From the NCBI GenBank assembly GCA_024137785.1, contig JAHRHZ010000058.1:18404215-18468214 (forward strand): a stretch of DNA of 64,000 nucleotides. Direction: 5' to 3'. The notes below the pieces were generated by a model. That model searched no databases, was not told the origin of the DNA, and saw only the letters and a list, made by a program, of their open reading frames with translations. A program made the translations under genes and the position numbers. The stretch is from Ginglymostoma cirratum (Eukaryota). The number at the start of each line of letters is the position of its first letter. Positions within the stretch are counted from its first letter, which is position 1. Positions 1-11,883 of the stretch are shown here, piece after piece.

Positions 1-1149
1 TAATATTTTTAGTTTAAGGTTTATTAATGGAGATGAATCAGTTTGAGATGGAATACTTTTAGCGCAAATAATAGAAAATTATCATCTTGTGTACATATTG
101 GGTGCTATATTTTCTGACTTAGCAATAACTAAGTACTTGATATAAATGAATTTTTTGGATGTTATGTGACAAGCTGTGGTGACTTGATTTACTAGGTCTG
201 AATGGGATTATTGCCCTTCCTTTTTTGTCTGTCCTGTTCATGCACTTTTGCTGTCTGCATGTGTGCATTCTCGCACAAGAATCTAGTCAACTGGATTTCT
301 GGGCATGGATGTCTGTGACTTGGAAAGACAAAGGGGGCAGAAATTTTCTCATGTACTTCATGATAACATGTCTGTACAGGTCGATTTTATTTTTAAAAAT
401 ATATACAGAAGTGGAGCTAGACAAACAAATCTCTCTTCCTGTGTGTTAATTTTAGATTATGCATCTGTGCCTGTATAGATATATAACAATCCCCAAACTT
501 ATTTGAAGGAAGAGTTGCAAAGATTAAATATAATCCCAAACAAAAGAGGCTTGTCTGACTGACAAAATGATCAAAAATGTTTCCTGCTTAAGGAGGGGCG
601 AAACAAGTTAAATCATTTGCAGGATTAAAACCTTTACTTAAGGACTGCAGCCTTCAATTTCTCTGGAGGCTTGGTGTAGACTGCAGTATATGATTACTGG
701 CTGCATGCTTGTTGGATTTAATCATTATGGGGAGAGGTTGCTATGGCTTGGAGTGCATGCTTCTGATTGGAGATTGCAAAGCAAATTTCACATCATGAAA
801 TTGATTTTAATCTAGGATAAACATTCAAATTTGTTTGAATTTATTAGCAGAACATACTTGTTATTGCTTGACTTCATCTGTATACTTTGTATACCTAACT
901 ATTTTAAATTGTCTTAATACACAGTCATTTGTGCAAAAGGGCCTTCCGGTATTAAGGAGGAGTAAATAGCATGTGTGAAATAGGTTTACCTAAATTTCAT
1001 TGCACGTATAACAGGTACCATAGAGGAAGCTTCTTTTAATCTTAAGTATGAGATGATTTGGTCACCTCTTGAACTTGGGAGTAAAGTTGCCGTACATCTT
1101 TTTCACCATTTCCTGTCCATTTACAGCAAGACCACCTCAGCATTCAAGA

Positions 1150-1365
1150 TTAAATTGATAAGGCTAGTAACGTTATGCCACACAAGTGCAAAGCAAGAGA
1201 GAATCTAATCTTCCCTTGACATTCACTGAGTGCTATTGCCATCATTTAATCTCCTTCATCAACATGCTGGGAGTTGCCATTGACCAGAAACTGAACTGGA
1301 CCTGCCAAGAATCCCATGGTGAGCAGCTCACCACCTGACTCCCTGAAGCCTGCCCACTATCTACA
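1150..1365 (+). mobile_element. Decayed LINE ORF2 fragment (left half of an element interrupted at about 1365)
   Basis: Degenerate post-RT sequence (…atcaacatgctgggagttgccattgaccagaaactgaactgga… = INMLGVAIDQKLNW) ending …cccactatctac. It resumes at about 2106 with …cacaagtcaagagggtgatggaatac (Q-V-x-x-V-M-E-Y). Confidence 0.7.
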
Positions 1366-2105
1366 TGTGCAAGTCTGTGCACCTGAAAGTGTCAGCAGAG
1401 GTAGACAGTGGTGAAGAAGGCATATGGGATTTTTTTTCATTAGTCAGGGCATAGGACATAGGAGTGAGGAAGTCTTGTTACAACTTTATAAAGCGTTGGT
1501 TAGGCCACGGATGGAATACTGTGTGCAGTTCTGGTTGCCACACTGTCAGAAGGATGTGATTGCATTGAGAGGGTGCAGGTTCGCCAGGATGTTGCCTGGG
1601 ATGAAAATTCTCAGCAATGAACAGAGATTGGATTGGCTAGGTTTGTTTCCCTTGGAACAGAGAAGATCGGAGTGATCTGATTTGAGGTATATAAAATTGA
1701 CAGTAAATCGTGGGAATCTCTTCCCAATGGCATATATGTCTAAGGCCAGTGGGTGTAAGTATAGGTGTTGAGCCAGTATTTTAGTGGAGATGTGAATTGG
1801 TTTTTTTTAACCCCAGGAGATGATAGATATCTGGAACGGGCTACCTGAGTGTATTGTGGAGGCAGGTATTCTCGCAGTGTGTAAAAAGCATCTGGTTGAG
1901 TACTTGCATATGAATGGTGGTGCAGGCTTGAAGAGCGAAATGGCCTACTCCTGCATCTATTTTCTATGTTACTACGTTTAAATGCAAGGACATAGAAGGC
2001 AGTGGGCCAAGTGCAGGTTAATAGGGTTTTGTGTGGTTTGCTGTCTGTTGGTTAGCGTAGACATAGTGGGCTGAAGAGCCTGTTTCTTTGCTGTTTGACA
2101 CTGAC
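1366..2105 (+). mobile_element. CR1-clade LINE 3' fragment
   Basis: ORF 1424-1675 gives LLQLYKALVRPRMEYCVQFW…KDVIAL…RFARMLPGM, typical of the CR1 ORF2 C-terminus. The 3' tail is gggctgaagagcctgtttctttgctgt. Confidence 0.9.
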
Positions 2106-2570
2106 TATAACACACAAGTCAAGAGGGTGATGGAATACTGTCTGCTTGCTGCCTGGATGAACTCAGCTCCACCACCACTCAAGACAAAGCAACCCACTTG
2201 GTTGACACCCAATCTGACTCCATCATTCATTCTTTTCACCACGGATGCATAGTGGCAGTAATATTGTATACTGTATGTAAGATGCATTACAGCAACTTAC
2301 CAAGCATCCTCCATCCAAACCTGCATTCTCTACTGTTTAGAAGGACCAAGGCAACAGATGCATAGAAACGTCACTACCTGCACGTTCCTCTCTGCCACAC
2401 ATCATTCTGACATAGGGAAGGAATGACAATATAGTTCCCAGCCTCTGGGCCAAACTCCTGGATCACATCTTCCGGCAACACTGTTGGTGTTCCTACGCCA
2501 CATGGACTGTAACGATTCAAGAAGATAACTCTCTGGCATCTTTTCCAGAGTGGTTGGGATGGGTAAAATG
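2106..2570 (+). mobile_element. Decayed LINE 3' part (right half of the 1150-1365 element)
   Basis: Continues the interrupted element. A related copy occurs on the minus strand at 27337-27800 (shared aggacaagggcrgcagatgc-like and cacctgcaarytcc-like motifs). Confidence 0.7.
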
Positions 2571-3319
2571 TTCCGTAACAAGTGAATTTTTGAAGAAGTA
2601 ATTTCAGGGGATAAAAAATCAGTGAATTAAAAATAATTTAATTAGTCTTGCTTTCTATTATTTATCTAAAACATGTCTAAGTGCATATACATAATACATT
2701 AATTGGCAAGTGGTGTTGTATATTGAGAATTAAAACCAAATCCTGTCATGAAGTGAGGCTGGATAAAAGGTCAAAGGAAAATTTGACAGGGTGCCAGGTA
2801 TAATTTGGGCTCCATTTTTAAAGTCACAGATTCTGTGCATATTTTTATATTTTCATATGTACATTTCTGCATTTGCATTTGAATGTTGCTAGAGCATGAC
2901 CAGATCATTTATAAGCGAATCCATGTAGCGTTTGTATGAAATACCTGCAAATGCAAAATATTACACATTGATTCTGGCAGACTGTTGAACAAATAAAAAG
3001 CTCAGAGATGCCTCTCAAACAAATCTATGTCCTTCATTGTAGAAATTCTGTTTTGCTCATTGGAAATTTGTTGGCTGAGTGCCTAAATTCTGTAGGTTGA
3101 GTGTGGATGTGCACTGTGGTTAAGATATACTGCTGGCAGCCAGTGATATAGTCGTTTGGAAACAACAGACTAAGAATGTTCTTGTATGAATTCCAGTCTG
3201 CCTTCTGTGATTTCCATCTCTTGAGACAATCTCCAGAAACAATAACAAAAGTTGCAAATAGAAAAGAAGAAAACAAGCATTGTAGCAAGACAGCTTTATT
3301 TCTAATACAACCTTGTATC

Positions 3320-4790
3320 TTTAGGAACAAGGGAGCAAGATTAGACCATTCGTCCACTTCTTCAACGCTTTTTTCCCCCCACACTATCCCCATATCCCTT
3401 TACATCCATTGTTATTTAGAAATCTATCAATCTCTACTTTAAACATAATCAATGATTTGAGTTTTCACAGTTCTGTGGGGTAGAGAATTCCAAAAATTCA
3501 CAAAGATTTCTCCTTATCTTGGCCTTAAGTGGTTTGCATCTTGTCTTGAAAATGTGTCCCCTGGTTCTAGATTCCCCAACCATGTGTAACATCATACTTG
3601 CATCTATCCTGTTTAACTCGCTTAAATATTTTAAAAGTTTCAATGTGAGAACCTCATGCTTCAAAACTCTAGCAAAAACTGCCTATGTTTTCCCCAAATT
3701 CTTTTCATAGACAGTCCTGTTATGCCAGGAACAAGTCTGATGAACATTTCTTGCACTTCCTTAATGACAACCGTATCCTCCTGACTTAGACCAAATCTGC
3801 ACACAGTACTCCAGGTGTGGTCCGACCAAACTCTGATGCAATCAAAGCAAGACTTCACTACTACTCCTCCTCAAATCCTCTTGTAATAAAGGCCAGCATT
3901 CCACTTATCTTCCTAATAGCTTGCTGGACATGCATGTTTGCCTCTGACATATTGAGATTATCAAGTTACTTTATGCATCTGTACTTTCTAATTTCTCACC
4001 ATTTGAGAAATGTTCTGCATATCTGTTCCTCCTATCAAGATGGATAACTTTTTTCTACTTTATATTCCATCTGCCATACTCTTGTCCACTCGCTAAGTCT
4101 GTCCAAATCATCATGCAGTTGCTTTGCATCTGCCAGACAACACATATTGCTACTTGGGTTTATATCATCTGGGAACATTGAAATATTCCAAATCATTGCT
4201 ATCTATTGCGAACTCATCCTTGCTGTAGCCCACTAGGTGCAGTCTGCCAATGTAAGAATGACCTGTTTTATTCCTAATCTGTTTTCTGCCTAACAGACAA
4301 TCCTTAGTCCATTTCAGTAATTACCACCTATTCCATGTGCTTTAATTCTTTGGAGGACTTTATCAAAAGCCTTCTGAAAATCAAAGTGTACCATGTCCAC
4401 CAATTACCCTTTATCAATTCTGTTAGCAGCTTCCTCAAAACGCCCAACAGGTTTGTCAAACCTGATTACCATTCGCAAATCCATGTTTACTGAGCCCTAT
4501 CATGATTATTCAAGTGTCCATTTATTATATCCTTTGTAATTAGATTTTCTGTACTCTCAATATAAGAATGACAAGTCCCACAGGTCTCTGTTTCTGTTCT
4601 CTACCTCCTTAAATGGTGGGGTCACACTTCTGCCACTGAGCTGCAGGATCCATTCAAGAATCTATGGAATTTAGGAATATAATCAGCATTGCATCCACCG
4701 TCTCTGTAGTTATCTCTTTTAACACTCTGGGATGTCACATTATCAGATCCTTATGATTATCAACATTTAAACCAATTAATTTTTCTAGCA
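3320..4790 (-). mobile_element. CR1-clade LINE, decayed RT region and 3' end
   Basis: Minus-strand ORF pieces (GESRTRGHIFK, IKEVQEMFIRLVPG). Plus-strand ggactttatcaaaagccttctgaaaatcaa is the reverse of DFQKAFDKV. Confidence 0.85.
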
Positions 4791-5209
4791 TAACCGTCTG
4801 TCTAATTTTCTCATTTTCCTTGTAATTAGATACATACTTCTTTGGCATAAACTTAGAATGAATTTATTTTCTCCATATTTGGTCTCGGGAGCAGGATCTG
4901 AATATCCAGGCAGCTTCTAGCTTGCAGAACCAATCTAAAATTTTGGCACTGTACAGTGGTTTCTATCCTGGCTGCAGCACAGGGATTCATGTTGTCACTC
5001 TTGATATCTTTCAACTGCAACTCTGACCTTGTGTGGATTTCTACCTATCCTCCAGTTTCTCTGCTCTGTAATTCACCTTTGTGATGCTGTTATATTGAAT
5101 GCAAAGTTTTGCAGATTTTGGAGATCTGCAATGAAAACAAAGTGCTGGAGAAACTAATGCAGGTGTGACAGTGGCATCTGCAGAGAGATAGAGTTAATGT
5201 TTCAAATGC

Positions 5210-5650
5210 ACAGAAGTGTTATGGTGGAAAAAGAAAGCCGTTCAACCCATAAAGTCTGTACTGGCTCTCCAAATGAACACTATGATTTAGTGATATTCTC
5301 CTGCCTTTTACCCATACTCATGCACATTGGGTGATTATTTAAATAGAAACAGTTGCCTTTTGAATGTTTTAGTGTCACTGCTTCCACCACACTTCTTCCA
5401 GAATGCATCCCAGATGCCAACCACTTGTGCAACAATGTTATTTTTTTCCTTGTATCACATTTGTTTATTTTGCAAGTTGCTTAAAATCTGTGCTGTTTCT
5501 TACACATGGGAACAGTTTCCCCCATACCTATTGTGTCTAACCTCCTTGTGATTTTGAAAACTTGTATGAGATTTCCTCACAGATGTTTCTCTCAAGAATA
5601 TTTCTAACCCCTCCAACCTATCCTCATAACTGAAGTTTCTCATTCCTGAA
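5210..5650 (-). mobile_element. CR1-like 3' end fragment
   Basis: Reverse 3' tail (…aagccgttcaacccataaagtctgtactggctctcc…) and ORF2-end remnants. Confidence 0.6.
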
Positions 5651-5654
5651 GGAA

Positions 5655-6505
5655 AAAAATAGCAGGACATTTAGAAAAAAACATAAGCAAGTAGAGTCAA
5701 TGTAGTTTTGTGAAAAGGAAATATGTTTGACAAACTTGCTAGAGTGCTTTGGGGGTATAATGAGCAGACTTTATAAAGGGGAACCTGTAGATGTAGCGTA
5801 TTTGGATTTCCAGAAGGTATTCACAAAGATGCCCCACAATTTTATTGCACACGTTAAGGACTCACTGTATTGGAGAGTAATGTATTAGCATGGATTGAGC
5901 ACTGGTTAACGTACAGAAGACAGAGTCTAGATTTAATGTCTTTTTGTTCCATTTTGGAAACTAGTACAGTGCCACAGTGATCATTTTGAGTGCCTTAATT
6001 ATTTACTATCTGTATTAATGACTGGAAGAAGTCATAACTTGTTACAACTGTGAAGAGTGTTCATGAGGCTGCACCTGGCATACTGTTTTTTGTTCCCTGG
6101 ATTTAAAAAGGGATTTATTGGCATTGGAGGCTAAATTCATTAGGTTGATTCTTAGGCTGAAGGTGTTGTCTTATCAAGAATGTCTAAATAAATTAGGCCT
6201 TTATTCATTTAAAGTTTAGAAGAATAAAGCTTATTGAAACATAGAGTTCCGAGGGAGCTTTATAAGGGAATATTCATTTGATACTGAGATGTGAAGGAAT
6301 TTCTTCCAGAGAGAATCCTGTATGCAGCAGTTGCAGAAGCTGGATCAGAACACATTTAAAGAGGAGGTAGACAGATCTTTGAAATATCAAGGAGTTGAGC
6401 TAGTATGAAAGAGGAGTTGAGGTCTGGGGCAGATCATTAATGAATTTGGTGAATGGTGGGGTAGACTTGGGGAGCCAAATGGCCTACTTCTGCTTTTTCT
6501 TTCTT
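5655..6505 (+). mobile_element. CR1-clade LINE, internally deleted RT and 3' end
   Basis: tgtttgacaaacttgctagag…gaacctgtagatgtagcgtatttggatttccagaag = CLTNLLE…EPVDVAYLDFQK; tail gggagccaaatggcctacttctgct. Confidence 0.85.
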
Positions 6506-6509
6506 TTGG

Positions 6510-6800
6510 AGGGAGTGCAGAGGGTGGAAAGGGTGCAGAACATTTTCTTAATAGGGGACTTCAGTATACTTCATCAAGGATGTCGCTGCTACAGTGGGCC
6601 TGCTGCAGGTGGTGTTGGGGAACCATCAAGAGAGAAGAACGTGTTTGATCTCTTCCCAATCAAAACACCTTCCAAAGATGTGTCTGTCCATGTCTGGATT
6701 GGTGAGAGTGACCACTGCAGAGACCTTGTGAAGCTGAAATCCTGTTGACAATACCTCCATTGTGTTGTGTGGAACTACCACATGCTAAATGGGTCGACTT
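6510..6800 (+). mobile_element. LINE APE-endonuclease fragment
   Basis: ORF 6440-6748 has IGDFS…EPSREKNVFDL…ESDH, matching the APE GDFN / LDL / SDH motifs. A related piece lies at 58340-58600. Confidence 0.7.
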
Positions 6801-7074
6801 TTTGGGTAGGAGGAAGGTTTGTGGTGGAGTTCTCCTTGGCTTGGTATTCGGACTTCCTGAAGTCATATGATATAAAGCCACACAGCAGACCTGTGAGAAA
6901 ACTTATAGCTCATGGAATAAAAGTGGACAGTAACAATGTGGATACAAAATTGTTTCTAGCACTCGACAAGTGTTCAGTACATAATTTTGTTGTGCTACCA
7001 TGTTTGTTGTAAACCTGCTGCAGTACTCCAATGAAACCCAAATTAGAGGAACAACTGCTCATTTTCTGCTTTTC

Positions 7075-7130
7075 CCTCCTCCTCCTCCTCTCCCTCCTCC
7101 CTCCTCCACCTCCTCCTCCACCTCCACCCC
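7075..7130 (+). repeat. Imperfect (CCT)n trinucleotide repeat
   Basis: cctcctcctcctcctctccctcctccctcctccacctcctcctccacctcc; explains the poly-P/S/L ORFs at 7000-7284. Confidence 0.9.
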
Positions 7131-7165
7131 AACCCTCTGTCCTAGCCCATGTTTTGTTTTCAGAG

Positions 7166-7409
7166 CAAAAACAAAGTTGCTGGAAAAGCTCAGCAGGTCT
7201 GGCAGCACCTGTGAAGGAGAAAACAGAGTTAACGTTTCGGGTCCGGTGAACCTTTCTCAGAACTTGTTCTCAGAACAGTTCTGAGGAAGGGTCACCAGAC
7301 CCGAAACATTAACTGTTTTCTCCTTCACAGATGCTGCCAGACCTCCTGAGCTTTTCCAGCAACTTTGTTTTTGTTCCTGATTTACAGCGTCCGCAATTCT
7401 TTTTGGTTC
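7166..7409. mobile_element. Palindromic Penelope-like terminal cassette (family A) with a 12-bp TSD
   Basis: Inverted arms of about 97 bp (7166-7263 and 7278-7373). Direct repeat TTGTTTTCAGAG at 7154-7165 and 7410-7421. Each arm carries a hammerhead motif. Confidence 0.85.
7272..7319 (+). ncRNA. Minimal type I hammerhead ribozyme motif (G16.2 changed to A)
   Basis: AGAACAGUU-CUGAGGA-A-GGGUC acca GACCC-GAAAC-AUU^-AACUGUUUU: 9-bp stem I, 5-bp stem II. Confidence 0.75.
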
Positions 7410-8867
7410 TTGTTTTCAGAGTTTTGGTCTCATCATACCTGACCTACTTTCTGCCATTGACACCTACCATTAAAATATAATGTATAAATTGATGGAGCTA
7501 ACAGCTTTTTTTCATTAATGAAGAATTGGCATGTTATTGTGTTAACACCAATAGTACTATGGAAAAGTAAAGGTAAAAGGTTAATTCACTATCTTATGTT
7601 GGTAGTACCATTAATTGTCGCTACCAATGATAGATCTATCATTGGATGTGGACTGTGTCGAAAGGTTTGGATCTGATCTTTCTGTATTGGAACAGGGAAG
7701 TCCACAGGTATTACTTTTCACTGACGCCAGCATTTCTGCCATTAATCCATTCATCCAGCTATTTTTGTATCTGGGTTTTCTTTCATCTACTGCATGTTTT
7801 GTGTGTCACACTACCCTAATTACAAATACCATAAATTGCAGCATGCCAGTTGACCTAGGATATAAGAGCAACTCATTTCTCCAGCCTCAAAAAAATTATT
7901 TTTTTGCAGATACTTGGCATAAAGCTGACTCTTCTTTTCAGCCAAAACAGCTTTACTCACATTCTGGTTGGCCACAATTTCTTGCCCACGAATGCTTGGT
8001 TGTTTAGCTTATTGCTGGAAGCAAAGGATCGGGCAAAAGGCGCAAGCTATGTTGCTCAGATGAGCAGAAGTTTAAGACAGGCCACACGTGGCAAATCAAA
8101 TCTGGTTTAAAGCTAAAAATTGGAACATTTGCTAACATGTCCAGTATCTGCTGCAGCAAGTGAATTCAGTGGTACTTAAAATAGGGCACACATGGAAAAA
8201 GGTGTGAAGTTCAATGTAAGCTTGAAATCCAGCGTTGCCTCTTCAGTCTCAGAATTTTACAACTTTTGGGCTCTTGAGTTCAAATTTAAATGCAATCTGT
8301 ACTCCATTTTACTGTTTTATTGTTTGCTTGTTTCTTTATCCCTTCTTCATGTGTTCAGACTGCCACTGCATCGACGACTTACCTCATCTGGACACCAGCT
8401 TTGTTCCTTTACTGCCTTTGTAAAGAATAGAATTTGTGTGGAGACATGTTCAGATACCGTGTAAATGAGGTAACTGCAAAGGAATAGCACCAACATTGCA
8501 CCTAAGCCAGCGGTCTAACACCTGTAGTTCAGCCATTGGGTGTGTGATGTGACAGGCCATTCAAAGATCATATTTGCCCCTAATAAAATAGTTGTGTGGT
8601 TAACTGAGAAAGAAACCCTGACAGAATGTGGAAATATGCATACTGCCCGAATTGATACTTTGTGTCTTGTCATCTTCAAATTGTGGATGCTATCACTGCA
8701 CGAACCAGATCCTCCAACAAAAAATGGAGCACGGGAAGATGATTTCTTGACCATATTTGATTTCAAGTGGGATTGTTACAATAATGCCATAGTTAAAGTG
8801 ACTCGGAATAAATTTGTTAACTCTTTGCATCAGATGCTGACCGTGACCAATTTGATGGGTTTTAATC

Positions 8868-8968
8868 TGCTCTGAAGAGAGATCACTGGATCTGAAACAT
8901 TGATTCTGTTTTCTCTTCACAGATACTGCCAGACCAGTTGAGTTTTTCCAGCTATTTCTGTTTTTGTT
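8868..8968 (+). mobile_element. Family A single arm with hammerhead motif
   Basis: CTGAAGA-G-AGATC actg GATCT-GAAAC-ATT at 8872-8901, followed by the family A body cacagatactgccagacc…tttccagctatttctgttttt. Confidence 0.8.
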
Positions 8969-9196
8969 GACAGGTGTTGAAATGGTCACTTTGTGGATAA
9001 AGGTATTTATGCCCACGCACTCTATACAATAAGTCATTAATTTAATACAAGTGACTTTTTATTTTCAAATTTCAAAATCATGATCATCCACACCCACAAC
9101 AGTATTTTAGTATAATAAAAGAAACAAGCACGTATGCTGAAGATCTGAAACAAATTCAGAAATTGCTGGACAAAGTCAGCAAGTGTGCAATATCTG

Positions 9197-9596
9197 NNNN
9201 NNNNNNNNNNNNNNNNNNNNNNNNNNNNNNNNNNNNNNNNNNNNNNNNNNNNNNNNNNNNNNNNNNNNNNNNNNNNNNNNNNNNNNNNNNNNNNNNNNNN
9301 NNNNNNNNNNNNNNNNNNNNNNNNNNNNNNNNNNNNNNNNNNNNNNNNNNNNNNNNNNNNNNNNNNNNNNNNNNNNNNNNNNNNNNNNNNNNNNNNNNNN
9401 NNNNNNNNNNNNNNNNNNNNNNNNNNNNNNNNNNNNNNNNNNNNNNNNNNNNNNNNNNNNNNNNNNNNNNNNNNNNNNNNNNNNNNNNNNNNNNNNNNNN
9501 NNNNNNNNNNNNNNNNNNNNNNNNNNNNNNNNNNNNNNNNNNNNNNNNNNNNNNNNNNNNNNNNNNNNNNNNNNNNNNNNNNNNNNNNNNNNNNNN
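9197..9596. other. Assembly gap (400 N)
   Basis: Run of n; the ORFs spanning it are artefacts. Confidence 1.
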
Positions 9597-9697
9597 GGCC
9601 TAAACCCTTCAGGGTTTAGGCCCGAAACGTCAAGTTTTCCTGCTCCTATGATGCTGCTTGACCTGCTGTGTTCATCCAGCCCCATGCTTGTTATCTC
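9597..9697 (+). mobile_element. Family B Penelope-like terminal repeat at the centre of an inverted cassette
   Basis: GGCCTAAACCCT-tc-AGGGTTTAGGCC palindrome. 9611-9697 matches 47595-47681 with one mismatch. Confidence 0.85.
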
Positions 9698-9769
9698 AGA
9701 GCATTTCTGTTGGTCCTTTTAATAGCCAACCTGTCAGATCATTTACATCTGCTCAAGCCAGCTCTTGGT

Positions 9770-9885
9770 TTCACATCTTATCTAAAAGATAGCAGCTTCA
9801 TCGGTGCCTCAGTACCAAAATGTCAGATTACATTATGCTTTCAAGTTCTGGACGAGGGTGTGAAACCAGAACTCTGATTTCTATT
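9770..9885 (-). mobile_element. Deu-domain SINE (SacSINE1-like) 5' fragment, decayed
   Basis: catcttatctaaaagatagcagcttc…cagtacc…gtcagatta…tcaagttctggacgagggtgtgaaaccaga resembles the reversed tRNA head and body of this family. Confidence 0.5.
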
Positions 9886-10480
9886 TAAAATGGGTACACA
9901 TCTGGATGACAGTCCTGCAGATGTGCTGAGAACAATTTCTGTTTTATATGCACTACTGTATCAAATAGGTGGAGTTTAACACACTGCCTTACATTCATAA
10001 ATAACGTGAACCTTCTGTTTAGTGGTGGGCTCATATGATTTCAATTATGTAACCACTGACTAGAAATTAGTATGTTGCTAATTGCTCAACTATTGTATTT
10101 ATGAATGGCTGCAAAAACAATCGATTGCTTGGGGCTAGAATAATCCCAATTTGTCTTCAAGGGATAGTGGTTCGTTGCTCTATTGATTTTGTGATGAGAA
10201 ATACAAACAAGATTTCATCAATACGATCTGCCATATTTCTCTGGTTTTGTTGCTGTAGACTGTTACACCTGTTAATGGTTCTACCTTTTAATGGTTCTTT
10301 AATTAAAAGCTATTTGCAATGTGATTGAAAGTGCTTCTTCGCCATCTTCTGAGAATTTTAAAAATCTTAATTACAGCTTTAATTCAATAGTCCCAAATGC
10401 ATGTTAATTTAATAAAAGTGCACTGATGCAGTTTTGTTCTGGTAACTATTTCAATCACGTTTTGTAGTTAACAATTTTAA

Positions 10481-10620
10481 TCAGCTCTGGAGGAGGGTTG
10501 TTGGGTTGAAACATTAATTCCGATTTCTCTCCACATGCTGCCAGACCTGCTGAGCTCCTCCAGCAATTTCTGTTTTGGATTTTATTTCTGATTTCCCGCA
10601 TCCATAATTCTTTTGACTTT
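10481..10620 (+). mobile_element. Family A single arm, hammerhead core degenerate
   Basis: gaaacattaattccgatttctctccacatgctgccagacctgctgagctcctccagcaatttctgtttt. Confidence 0.8.
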
Positions 10621-11799
10621 TTAAAAAAAAATTAATTGACCTACCCTGATATATAATGGCACAAATCTGGGAAAGGTTGGACCTTGTAACCAAAAGTAAG
10701 GACACTTCATGGTAAGACTTGACACCAGGATTTTCTTGGCAGTGACACCTCCCTGTACTGATGTAAATATCCTTCCAAAAGTGAATGCTTGATTGGTCAA
10801 GATTAGTTTTCTGATAGACAGTTCCTGACACTGTGAACCACAGAGTGTGCGCTTCAGTTTTATGAATGGCAGATCTAGTGTAAGTAATGTGTAAGAATTT
10901 TTCTGCCTTGAATGCAACTAATACGAATCAAATGTTGTACTTGGTACAAGCTATTGCTTTCCATTCCAGTGTGTTCTACTGCATGTAGCACATTTCATAA
11001 ATGTAAATTTCCTTAGCCAACTTTCCATTTTAAATCTTTGTTTGACAATATGGTTGGAAACTGGTGATATATGCTTTTCCTAAAGACCTCGGTCTGTGCT
11101 TGGGCCAGTTAATTAGAGGGCAATGACATTCATGCCCTTTCTTCTTTTCCCCTCTCCCTGCCTGTAAAATGAAGACCCAACAGTAGCCAGCTTATCTTCA
11201 AATCAAACCAACTCAATAGCATAAATAAGTGTTAGCTTCATTACAGCATGTTCTTATGCAAAAATATACTGAATGTGTAATCTTGGTTTAATTTTACTCA
11301 TTTTTGCTGGAAATTTGAATGTGGGGGATTTGGATAAGCTGCCAAACTGACTGTCCGTCTGCTATCTCATAGAAAAGATTAAGTAGCACTTTCCAAAGCA
11401 GAGATCGGTAGTTCTCCTGGTGAATTGGCCGTCACTAAATGTCTTTGAAAAATAAATCCTCTGGACCAATTATCGTAGAATCCAACAACAAAGAATGAGC
11501 CTATTTAGCCAATTGTCTGTGATAGCTATCTTGCAAAAAAACTCATCCTATTCCCCTACTCTGCTTCATCGCCCAGTAAATTTCTCTTGTTCAAATATAC
11601 AAAAATCTGAAAATTACCATTGAGTTTGATTGGACCTTCGAGGGCATGTAGTGCACAACTTTGCAGACCTTTCCAAGCTTATCACTTCTGCAGTCAGTGG
11701 TGAGCAGTTATCACATCTGTGTTCTCGCGGTTTGCTGTGTGCAGATTGGCTCCCTGTTAATTGGATAGGTCAACTCATTTACAATACAAATTTTTTTAA

Positions 11800-11883
11800 A
11801 GAATCCCTACAGTGTGGAAACAGGCCCTTCGGCCCAACAAGTCCACACCGACCCTCAGAGCATCCCACCCAGACCCATCCCCC
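11800..11883 (-). mobile_element. HE1-SINE / CR1 3' tail fragment
   Basis: ctacagtgtggaaacaggcccttcggcccaacaagtccacaccgaccc is a near reverse complement of the SINE tail at about 50400-50450. Confidence 0.85.

Noticed and set aside
7000-7284. Pro/Ser-rich ORFs
   Set aside because: Translation of a (CCT)n repeat plus a repeat arm; no splice or domain support.
8192-8875. Cluster of overlapping ORFs that might be a nested gene or retrocopy
   Set aside because: No recognisable protein in the frames I examined, and no poly-A/TSD or convincing splice sites.
9163-9722. Long ORFs of 144-179 aa
   Set aside because: They consist of the 400-N gap translated as X.
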